From a bacterium (lineage in GTDB: Bacteria > SZUA-182 > DTGQ01): DNA of 45,129 nt. Under the pieces are notes generated by a model. It was not told where the DNA came from. It worked only from the letters and a program-made list of their open reading frames with translations, and made no database searches. The stretch is taken from the NCBI GenBank assembly GCA_040752695.1, contig JBFMGO010000037.1, positions 1 to 45,129 on the forward strand, written 5' to 3'. Positions 1 to 9,521 of this stretch are shown one piece after another. Positions within the stretch are counted from its first letter, which is position 1. Each line of letters starts with the position of its first letter. The translations under genes were made by a program, and so were the position numbers.

Positions 1-101
1 AGCGGGAACGACGGGTTGATCATTGTAAAACTATCAGCATTTCAAGCACTTAATAAAAAAATGCAAAAGTATAGTTATATTATATCTTTCGTATCTCTTC
101 T

Positions 102-977
102 TCAGATGAGCAAGGCACTGATGATGGAAACCAGTGAGACTGTAGACTGGGAGAGAACCGGTAGATTTGAAATAGGCGCGCTCAGGGCCGGTGTCAGCAG
201 GGTGGTTGGAGACGGAAGAATCGAACTGATGGGCAAAGGTAAAGGTATGGGAGCGGCCACGGCAGGGGGAGCAACGACGGCCGCGGCAGCAGTAGGAACA
301 GCAGCCAGGGTGACCGGTGCAACGGAAACCGAAACAAGGGGAGCAGCAGCGGGAAACAGAGTGGTGACACTGAATCCTGCCGGAGTGACGGCGGGGATAA
401 TGGGGGTAAGGGGAATAGGCGCAGGCGCGATGACCGGAGATGGAACGAGCGGCACAAGGGGAGCAACCGGGGTCAGGGTTGCCGTTGGAACCGTAACGGG
501 CAAAACGGCCACGGAGCCACCCGAAGAGCCTCCCGGGGTGGATGCCTTTGACAGACCCGCAGGTACCGAAGGTGCCACAGCAGCCTGCTTCGGCGGGAGA
601 AGGTACCTGTTCACCTCAGCCAGCAATCCCAACTCCAGTATCCCGGGCAGTACCAGGGACTGGGGAATTGCTGATAAAAAAGGAAGGAACGTGGGGGGCA
701 AGGGATAACTCGAAAGGGAGGGTATCTGCCATAAGGCAGTTGTCCGGAATGGATCGATGGAACACAGAGGGGAAAACCAGGAAGATGCATATAAAGGCAC
801 TGGTTCAGGGAACAAGGGGAAAAAGGAAAAAGGACCTGCTGGTGGAGGGGAGTAATACGCATTACCTGATTTTGGGGCCGCGAGACAGAACAAAGTTACG
901 ATAAACAGGGAGCAAGCTACAATCTGCAATCTGGATTTGGTGTGAAATGTGAAAAATGTCATTTGCTTCTCCTTCAT
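102..977 (-). CDS. Secreted Pro/Ala/Val/Leu-rich low-complexity protein
   Basis: 291-aa ORF with a hydrophobic signal peptide ending ...PKSGNA|YY; the C-terminal half has essentially no charged residues; AAGGAG lies upstream of the second Met (962). Confidence 0.7.
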   Translation of the reverse strand: MKEKQMTFFTFHTKSRLQIVACSLFIVTLFCLAAPKSGNAYYSPPPAGPFSFFPLFPEPVPLYASSWFSPLCSIDPFRTTALWQIPSLSSYPLPPTFLPFLSAIPQSLVLPGILELGLLAEVNRYLLPPKQAAVAPSVPAGLSKASTPGGSSGGSVAVLPVTVPTATLTPVAPLVPLVPSPVIAPAPIPLTPIIPAVTPAGFSVTTLFPAAAPLVSVSVAPVTLAAVPTAAAAVVAPPAVAAPIPLPLPISSILPSPTTLLTPALSAPISNLPVLSQSTVSLVSIISALLI

Positions 978-1450
978 TTAACTTGAGATATTAAATTAAA
1001 AGGAAATTCCTATACGATTAATTTAATCAAGGCTTTTCAATAGGTTATAACTTCCTGATAATAAGAATATAACAGAAAAATAGCATATCATAAATTTCTA
1101 AAATGAGCAACAAGGTAAAGCGGTCAGGACAGATTTGGGAAGATACTCAGGAGAAAGACTAATTTTTTTCTTTTCCTGGAATTGTTTTCGGTGCCCTGCC
1201 GAGCGGGCTCCTCTATTTATTTTAGCTGAAATTATAAAAGAGAAGCAGGAGGGGCCGATTTTTCACTTTCCCGGTTATGGAAAAGAATACCATATTTTAG
1301 GGATAAATTATCCTCTAAAAAAATTTTGTTCCAAGAATACATGGATTTTGTTCCTTGTGAACTCCAACCTTTATGCCAATTTCATTATAATTAAAAATAA
1401 TGGCAATTATAAATTTTATTTTTTATATCTTAAAAAATTTTTTTTTGTAA

Positions 1451-1468
1451 AAGGCATGATTATTGCTT
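1451..1468 (+). promoter_or_regulatory. sigma-54 (-24/-12) promoter
   Basis: aaGGcatgattattGCtt: GG-N10-GC, preceded by an AT-rich tract typical of IHF/enhancer regions. Confidence 0.65.
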
Positions 1469-1477
1469 ATTTAATTA

Positions 1478-1640
1478 TACATCTGAAGATCATTTTCTGG
1501 CAGGAACCGAATGGTAGGTACGATAAATACCATCTCTTCCCAGGGGATGGAATAAGGTATGGACTAAGTGCAGGCCGGTTTTAATTAATTTAGTGGGGTT
1601 ACCCTTCTCCCTCTCTCCCCCCGGCCTGCATAATTATTCC
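1478..1640 (+). ncRNA. Candidate sigma-54-dependent small RNA or structured leader
   Basis: Starts just downstream of the sigma-54 motif; 10-bp inverted repeat tgcaggccgg (1569-1578) / ccggcctgca (1621-1630) encloses a C/U-rich stretch cccttctccctctctcccc; no convincing ORF. Confidence 0.3.
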
Positions 1641-2388
1641 CACGGGTAAAAAATCAAACTTCGTTCTGTCGTTGCTGTTTATGGGTAGAGTTGCACTTAT
1701 TACTTGAAGCTGATGTAAAGACAATTTTCAAGAATTCACGATGCATTACCACAGTAATGGAAAGCATCGCGGTTGTGATCTACAGATTGTTCAGAGTGAG
1801 AAGGAGGAACTTATTGATATCGACTGGATAGTACATCAAAAGATTATACTTTTAATTCACCTGAATGTTTCAAGGACAAAAATGGAGGCAATCGACTGCC
1901 CGGTTCATGGTCTTGAAAAAAGACAGCCAATATCATGACCTTAAAAAAATCAGTCTGGTGTTGAGCGGTCTTTCTCATAATTCTTGGTAACCTGATCTTT
2001 GGTGTGTCATGTGTGATTTGAACAAAGGTGTATCATGTGCAATTCGAGCAAAAAATTTGACTTTTCGCATGGTGCAGGATGCTTTGTCATCGCCAGGAGA
2101 AGGACAAAAAGCAATGGACAGATCCTGGCTGACTCTGGATAGGGGAGATCCGGGCTTAAACGATATCTCTATGCCTTCCTGGTTGCGGGAAAAGGGTATT
2201 GGGATAAAAACGAAAGAAAAAGTCATTGAGCAGGAGATAAATTAAACAGGAGACAAAGTCATTGATAACGTAACTTTTCGAGTGGTGAACCTGAGCATGA
2301 GACCGACTCTTCGAGGAAGACCACTTACGAAATAGCACTACTTAAGCTTTTGGGGAATAGTATCTACAAAGTAAAAGGGGATGATATT

Positions 2389-3177
2389 TTGGAAGAGCAG
2401 AAAGAGGAAATAAAGCTGGATGGTGGGAAAGAAAAGAAGGGGTTCGATCCGGAAACTCGAGAAAGGATGATCCTGGACCATCTCATGCTGGTGAAATATA
2501 TCGCTAAAAGGTTAGCCAACCATCTGCCAGCATGCCTTGATTTGGAAGATTTAATCGAGGTAGGCATTATCGGCTTGATCGATGCTATAGAGAAGTACGA
2601 TCCAACCAAAAATATAAAGTTTAAAACCTATGCGGAATTTAGAATACGAGGAGCTATCCTGGATGAGCTTCGATCTCTCGATTGTACACCAAGATCTATC
2701 CATCAAAAGGCCAAACAGTTTGAAAGTGCCTATCAGGATGCGGAGAAAAAGGTTGGGAAAAATGCAACCGCTACAGAAATCGCTCAGGAAATGGGCCTTA
2801 CCATGGAGGAATTTAACCAGTTGAGCCAGCAGACGAAAGGGTTCTCGGTGCTCAATCTGGAGGATCTCGATAAAGGACTGTCGAAGAAGGAAAAGGAGAA
2901 TCTCATTGGAATGATCCGGTATTCATACGACGAGCACGTTCTTGAATACCTCAACTATAAGGAAATCCGGGACGTACTCAGCGAGGCGATTGATGAATTG
3001 CCGGCAAGGCAAAAAACCGTTCTTTCTCTTTATTACTGGAAAGAAATGAGTATGAGGGAAGTGGGGGAACTTCTGGGGCTGGCAGAATCAACCGTCTCTT
3101 CTCATCATCATCGAGGGATCAAACATCTTCGGCAAAGAGTAAAGGAGTTGAGTAACCGGCTGGATCTGTGCCAATGA
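2389..3177 (+). CDS. fliA: FliA/WhiG-family RNA polymerase sigma factor (sigma-28)
   Basis: Motifs DLEDLIEVGIIGLIDAIEKYDP, FKTYAEFRIRGAILDELRSLD and a region-4 HTH (SMREVGELLGLAESTVS). Likely TTG start at 2389 after aaagggg; the open frame begins at 2350. Confidence 0.9.
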   Translation: MEEQKEEIKLDGGKEKKGFDPETRERMILDHLMLVKYIAKRLANHLPACLDLEDLIEVGIIGLIDAIEKYDPTKNIKFKTYAEFRIRGAILDELRSLDCTPRSIHQKAKQFESAYQDAEKKVGKNATATEIAQEMGLTMEEFNQLSQQTKGFSVLNLEDLDKGLSKKEKENLIGMIRYSYDEHVLEYLNYKEIRDVLSEAIDELPARQKTVLSLYYWKEMSMREVGELLGLAESTVSSHHHRGIKHLRQRVKELSNRLDLCQ

Positions 3178-3321
3178 GGGCAGAGCTTCTGTGCAGGGAG
3201 GGCAGAGTAGAGCTCTGTGCAGGGAGGGGCGATTTTTGAAGGTTTGATGGAAATTCGAAGGTTTGAATAAAGGCTCGAATGAAAGCCCGAATGAAGGCTT
3301 GATAGAAGATCTTATAGAAAA

Positions 3322-3357
3322 AGGTAAGGCGGCCATATTTGATGGCCCGCCTTACCT
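3322..3357. terminator. Hairpin between convergent genes
   Basis: aggtaaggcgg...ccgccttacct inverted repeat downstream of fliA. Confidence 0.55.
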
Positions 3358-3645
3358 ATAGATGCCCGGTGCCTAATCGAGCGCGGTTTTCAATTGGGTA
3401 TGCTGCAACAGATAATAAAAACAAAAGACAAATACAAAAAGGAATCACAAAAGTATTAAGGATAATGCTCTCTGGGCCAACACCTAACCATAATGAGCAA
3501 GCGTGCTGATAGCCTTAACAATCATGGAAACGACAAATGGTCTACTCTAAATGCCCGTGCTCTTCCATCTGTTTCGGCTAGGTCAGCTCTCTTCACTGCT
3601 TGCTGATAGTAGGCAAAAACCATTTCGCATAAACATGCCTTAACT

Positions 3646-4188
3646 TTAATTCCCAAAGAAATAAGATATGCCGGCAAGGAGTTGAAATATTCCTGTACCA
3701 TCAGTTTGATAATTAGCTTCTAAATTTACGCTAACATCTTCATTTAGAAAAAACTTAATCCCACCCATTCCACCACTGCAAAATTTGGTATCGGTCTTCT
3801 TTTCTGTTTCTTTTTCGTATGTACCATCTCCTTCCCAGCTTTCCGTAACAGTTTTTTCCTCATAAAATCGAAAACCAATTTGACCCCCAAGGTATGGAAT
3901 AATCGTCTGCCCCTTTTTGTAGAAATAATATCTTATTTGTCCTAAAGGAGTAATTATTTTACCACCATCTTCTTCGGGAGATCCCATGATCGCTAAATTA
4001 AAATTTAATCCTATTTCTGGACTTACAAAGTATCCAAAGGTGCCCATCCCCATATAGAAGGTATAATCTTCTGTGAAGGAAAGCGATGCTGCGCCTCCAA
4101 CCTCTTTTGTTCCCGCCTCTATTAGAGCGCAAGAAACACCAACCCTGCTAAAAAAGATCACCAATGTCAATAAAAATATTTTTTTCAT
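3646..4188 (-). CDS. Outer-membrane beta-barrel protein (8-strand, OmpA/porin-like)
   Basis: Signal peptide, alternating hydrophobic beta strands (IPYLGGQIG, VSVNLEANY), C-terminal aromatic GISYFF; GGAG RBS. Confidence 0.75.
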   Translation of the reverse strand: MKKIFLLTLVIFFSRVGVSCALIEAGTKEVGGAASLSFTEDYTFYMGMGTFGYFVSPEIGLNFNLAIMGSPEEDGGKIITPLGQIRYYFYKKGQTIIPYLGGQIGFRFYEEKTVTESWEGDGTYEKETEKKTDTKFCSGGMGGIKFFLNEDVSVNLEANYQTDGTGIFQLLAGISYFFGN

Positions 4189-4295
4189 TATCTCTCCCTC
4201 TTTTTTATTTAGGGTGTTATCATACAGAACCCGAACATTTAAAAACAGGTTTTTTATTAAGCATCAATTCCTTATAACTCTAACTTTTGAAATAA

Positions 4296-5930
4296 TTAGT
4301 TTTGTTTATAAATAATTACTTCATTATGAGAGGCATAGACAAGCATTTTGCCGTCATTACTGAAATCTAATGAGACAGTAGGGCCTTCTAAAGCCAAAAC
4401 ACTCGCTTCAATTCCATTATAAATATCCCATATTTGTATGATATTATCCTCAGAAGCTGAAGCAATGTATCTTTTATTGTAGAAGGCTATGGCAGAGATG
4501 TCTTTAGGAAGGATGAACCTCTTAACCTCATCACCTGTGGTTGTTTTTCTCACAACCAAAAACCTATTATCTATTCGTCTATTTCTTGAATTATAGTCAA
4601 TAATAATTTCCTTTATATTTGATCCCATTAAACTACCGTCGGGAGAAAAACAAGTAGAAAATAGTCGATCCTGGTCTATTAGTGATTTCTTTTCTTTCTT
4701 TACATTTAAATCCCAAAACTTGGTCTGTAGGTCATCACTAACAGAAACCAACCTTTTGTTGTTAGGGGTAAACCCTAATGAATGAACTTGCTTTATGTGT
4801 CCTTTTAGTTTGCCTACTATTTTCCATCGCCCCGTGTCTATCAATTCGATATGACCATCTTTAAATCCAACAGCTAATAAAGAGCCTTCTCTATTAAAGG
4901 CAACGCTGGTCACAGAACTTCTTTCTCCTTTGAGCTTTTTCTGAAGATGACCATTTTGGGTATAGATATAGAGGAGATTACTATCGAAACCAACGGCCAC
5001 CAGATCATTCCCTTTGCTAAAGTCTGTTGAACTAATCTTCTCATCTATCTTCTCATACTTACTAAGCTGATTTTCACTATTAATTTCTATAATTTCAATT
5101 GAATAGTCATAAATAATAGCTACTGCCCTTGCATTAGGCAAAAATTTAACTTTCTTGACTTTTTTATCAAAATGTAAGGTTTTATAAACCTTAAAATCAA
5201 AGACTACTTCTCCTGGTATATCAAGGAATTTCTCTGCACCCTCAAGATTCCCCTCTTCCAGTATATCAAGGAATTTCTCTGCACCCTCAAGATTCCCCTC
5301 TTCCAGTAATTCTTTATATTTTTGGGCCAGTTCTTGAAGTTTCCCCTCCCGTTCCTTTTGGGCCATTTCTCTTTCGTCAAATATCTTAAGTATGCGATCT
5401 ATTACTTCTTGAGATACACCATAAGTAACACTTACACCTCCTTGTGGTGCATAAATCGCTGGACTTTGACCTCCAGCAGTAGATTGTGTTACTTTTTGTT
5501 CATCATCAGGCAGGGCTTCTTCTTTAACTTCTGTGGGAAAGGGATTGTCTTTCTTCCAAACCAGAAACTCTTTTGCGGTGGGCTCAGTTTTCATAAAAGC
5601 CATAAAGTCATCAACTATATAAACAGCTTGCTTACGAGTATATCCATCTCGATGGATCGCTAAACATCGTAAATAATCCTTAGCTTGAGCGTCATTAGCT
5701 ATCTGACTTGCTAATGAAGTAACTTTAGTAATAGTTTTCATATCTATTCCAGATATGGCGACTTCATTAGCTGTTAGTTCTGCAATTTTAAAATCAATAT
5801 CAGATGATTTAACCACAGGAGGTCGCATACAACCGAATTTATCTGGACGTGGATTAACCTGCTGTGCACAGGCAAGCAATATCGAAGTAAATAATAAAAG
5901 TAATATGCTGACTTGATATTTTTTAGTCAT
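4296..5930 (-). CDS. Lipoprotein with C-terminal WD40 beta-propeller
   Basis: Lipobox LLAC; WD40 repeats such as LKGHIKQVHSLGFTPNNKRLVSVSDDLQTKFWD and IASASEDNIIQIWD. Confidence 0.85.
   Translation of the reverse strand: MTKKYQVSILLLLFTSILLACAQQVNPRPDKFGCMRPPVVKSSDIDFKIAELTANEVAISGIDMKTITKVTSLASQIANDAQAKDYLRCLAIHRDGYTRKQAVYIVDDFMAFMKTEPTAKEFLVWKKDNPFPTEVKEEALPDDEQKVTQSTAGGQSPAIYAPQGGVSVTYGVSQEVIDRILKIFDEREMAQKEREGKLQELAQKYKELLEEGNLEGAEKFLDILEEGNLEGAEKFLDIPGEVVFDFKVYKTLHFDKKVKKVKFLPNARAVAIIYDYSIEIIEINSENQLSKYEKIDEKISSTDFSKGNDLVAVGFDSNLLYIYTQNGHLQKKLKGERSSVTSVAFNREGSLLAVGFKDGHIELIDTGRWKIVGKLKGHIKQVHSLGFTPNNKRLVSVSDDLQTKFWDLNVKKEKKSLIDQDRLFSTCFSPDGSLMGSNIKEIIIDYNSRNRRIDNRFLVVRKTTTGDEVKRFILPKDISAIAFYNKRYIASASEDNIIQIWDIYNGIEASVLALEGPTVSLDFSNDGKMLVYASHNEVIIYKQN
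5216..5308. repeat. Exact 45-bp tandem duplication inside the WD40 gene
   Basis: gtatatcaaggaatttctctgcaccctcaagattcccctcttcca occurs at 5216 and 5261, giving LEEGNLEGAEKFLDI twice. Confidence 0.95.
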
Positions 5931-6276
5931 TATCTCTCTTACCTTCTATACCAACACAAATTTAGTATTTTTAGTGAGACTACATAAGTATAAATATTTT
6001 TTTAGTGGTAGTCAAAATAAATCTTGAAAATTTTACAGAAAGGTATGAAAAGGTGAAATTGGGATTCCCTACCATTGAGGATTCGAATGAGTTTTCGCAG
6101 TCCCCTCTATCCATCAGGTTTTCTGAAGCCAATTCCACGAGATGTGATTTGAAGGAAACGATCGTTTATTTTTTCATTCAGATTAGAAGAAAAAGACTTT
6201 CCTCTAACTTGTTTGTGGCCGATTTACCGTCTAGGAGCCTGTCAATCGAATATTGAAGGGTAACTGGATTCTCTAA

Positions 6277-6554
6277 GTACACGGCGCGGGAATTACGCGG
6301 CCGGATAGATTGTCATCCACGCAGCACGTTATTCGTCATTCTGAGCGAAGGCTTAGAATCCAAAAAGCCCTTGAAAAGCCTGGATTCCCGTCTCCACGGG
6401 AATGACGGTTGGTTAGACTTCTCCTCAAAAGTGTCCACTCTATGAACGAGGTCAACCGGCTGCGTATTTAATGCGCCGTGTACTAAGTACACATCGCGGG
6501 AATGACGAAGGATTATTACACGCTATCCGGTCGCGTATTTAACGCGCCGTGTAC
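6277..6554. mobile_element. Two tandem non-autonomous MITE-like elements with GTAC ends (6277-6483 and 6487-6554)
   Basis: Left end gtacacggcgcgggaattacgcggccggatag and right end ctatccggtcgcgtatttaacgcgccgtgtac form a ~32-bp inverted repeat with 4 mismatches; a second right end lies at ~6456-6483; TAA flanks and separates the copies; internal gtcattc...gaatcc / ggattccc...gggaatgac palindromic repeat. Confidence 0.7.
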
Positions 6555-6952
6555 TATAGCGGTTTTCAGTTTCATGCGCTACATATACAGCGTATCGCCG
6601 TCTGGATACCAAAGCGATGTAGTAGCCTACTCAAGTGAAAACCGCTATAATCTCGGACAGACTCCTAGCATCACCGGAATCACTAGAATTAATGGAACCA
6701 CCGGAATTACGGAACCTTGATGGAATTTCGAAATCCGGAATATAACGAGCCGATAGATAAATAGGTAACCAGGTAGATAGTGTAGATAGATAAATAGATA
6801 ATAAGGTATTCATTCCATCCGGCCAACCTGGGACTTGATCATTGTCAATCATCTTAGAGAATGCACCAAAGAATACGTTTCGGTTATGAGTTATACTGCT
6901 TCAGGATTATAACTGGTTTATTTGTATCTGGTTTTCTTTCTCGTGCTGTTCT

Positions 6953-8206
6953 GTGGATGCTTTGGAAAAGATAAGGAGTATATTACTAAGGAGTATATTA
7001 CTTATGATAAGAACATTCAACCTGTTAACCGTACCTATGAGAACTATGCTTATGAGAACCGCATTTTTGATTGCAGCCCTGATGGCAGTTCTGATGGCAG
7101 CCCTGACGATAGTTCCGGGTGCAGGGTTTGTGCAGGCAGAAGCACCGGGCGGATTTGTCCTCAGCAAAACAGAAAATCCCGCTTTTCATTCCAACGAACT
7201 TTTCCCTGCCTATGAAGACTATTACAGCCCTCGCGTCTGGAAATTGCGTGAGCAATATAACCTGGACAGGCTTATAGCCGAAGAGCCCGACGAATTCAGG
7301 CGTATTATGCTACTTCGCCACTGGGTTCATTCCAGCATGCCCATCGATGATTACGATTACACTCATACGCGAATGGATCCATTTGCCATTCTCGATGCGG
7401 CCAGGGCGGGCGGTAAATTCAACTGCGCGCAGTTCAGTGTTGTTCAGCATGCAGTGTTAAACAGCTTTGGTTATGTTGCTCGCTGCCTTGGTATCGGCCC
7501 GGGGAGGGGAGAAAAGGAGGATTTGGATGGGCATCATGCTGTTAATGAGGTGTGGGTAAATACCCTTAACAAGTGGGTACTTGTCGATGCCAAGTACGAT
7601 CTTCACTTTGAAAAACAGGGGATTCCCCTTTCAGCGCTTGAGATACGCGATGCGGTCTGGCAAGATGGTGCAAAAGATGTCACTCCCTGCTTCGGGCTTG
7701 ATCGAAAGCCTGTAGTTGCACAGATCAACGACCGTGATTGGGGTATCTGGGCAACGCCTGAAGTGTATCGCTGGTGTAGTTGGGAGACTTCTACCAATCG
7801 TTTTACTTCATTTCCGGCTGCTTTAAGTTCCACACTGATCATGTACGAGGATGACATATCCCAAAAGAATATCTGGTACCGGGACGGTCAGCCTCACTGG
7901 GCCTACGATACGCCGTATCTTATGAAAACAACACAGCGCGACTGGATCTACTGGACCCCTAACGTCATACTTTCTGCGGTAGTGATTCAGGATGGCCAGG
8001 TCCGTATTTCTCTGCTTTCTTTCACCCCGAACTTCAAGGCGTTTCAAATGAAAATCGCCGAAGGAGACTGGCAAAGCTGTAGCGATAGCCTGGATTTGCC
8101 CTTGCAAGGCCAGACTAACCGCTTTACCTTTCGCACGGTAAATCTGTTTGGCGTGACCGGCCCGGAGCATCGGGTAGAGGTTAATTGGCAGGAATCGGAG
8201 CTGTGA
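6953..8206 (+). CDS. Secreted transglutaminase-like (Cys-His-Asp) domain protein
   Basis: Catalytic triad motifs FNCAQFS, GHHAVNEVW and WVLVDA; hydrophobic N-terminal signal. The true start may be one of the downstream Met codons. Confidence 0.8.
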   Translation: MDALEKIRSILLRSILLMIRTFNLLTVPMRTMLMRTAFLIAALMAVLMAALTIVPGAGFVQAEAPGGFVLSKTENPAFHSNELFPAYEDYYSPRVWKLREQYNLDRLIAEEPDEFRRIMLLRHWVHSSMPIDDYDYTHTRMDPFAILDAARAGGKFNCAQFSVVQHAVLNSFGYVARCLGIGPGRGEKEDLDGHHAVNEVWVNTLNKWVLVDAKYDLHFEKQGIPLSALEIRDAVWQDGAKDVTPCFGLDRKPVVAQINDRDWGIWATPEVYRWCSWETSTNRFTSFPAALSSTLIMYEDDISQKNIWYRDGQPHWAYDTPYLMKTTQRDWIYWTPNVILSAVVIQDGQVRISLLSFTPNFKAFQMKIAEGDWQSCSDSLDLPLQGQTNRFTFRTVNLFGVTGPEHRVEVNWQESEL

Positions 8207-8274
8207 TAATTAATGATAAAGAACGGCCGTGATAATTGATGATAACGAGCGGCTTTGAAAGTCTCGCAGTATTA

Positions 8275-8342
8275 GAGTCCATCCCAAAACCATCGGCAAT
8301 AGGCGCAATCATTCATCTAAAATGGGGTTTTGGGATGGGCTC
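8275..8342. mobile_element. 68-bp MITE with IS5-like ends
   Basis: gagtccatcccaaaac ... gttttgggatgggctc terminal inverted repeats, flanked by TTA on both sides. Confidence 0.6.
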
Positions 8343-8358
8343 TTAGGGCGGCCTGTAC

Positions 8359-9420
<1,062 letters not shown>

Positions 9421-9521
9421 AGTAATTCTCCTTTCACCTTTTCCTCATTGTTCTTCCCTCGTTGTTCTTTCCTCATTTCCCCCATTTTCTATCATTTTCC
9501 CTCATTCTTCCTCATCTTCTC

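Noticed and set aside
16..708. 230-aa Gly/Ala/Thr-rich ORF on the plus strand
   Set aside because: Antisense shadow of the 102-977 gene, which has a signal peptide and RBS.
1741..2245. Two short ORFs upstream of fliA (65 and 78 aa)
   Set aside because: No recognisable family or clear RBS-start pairing, and neither looks like FlgM; cannot be excluded without homology searches.
6003..6108. IS-end-like sequences (tagtggtagtcaaaataaat; gagttttcgcagtcccctct)
   Set aside because: No matching partner end or transposase in the window, so element boundaries cannot be supported.
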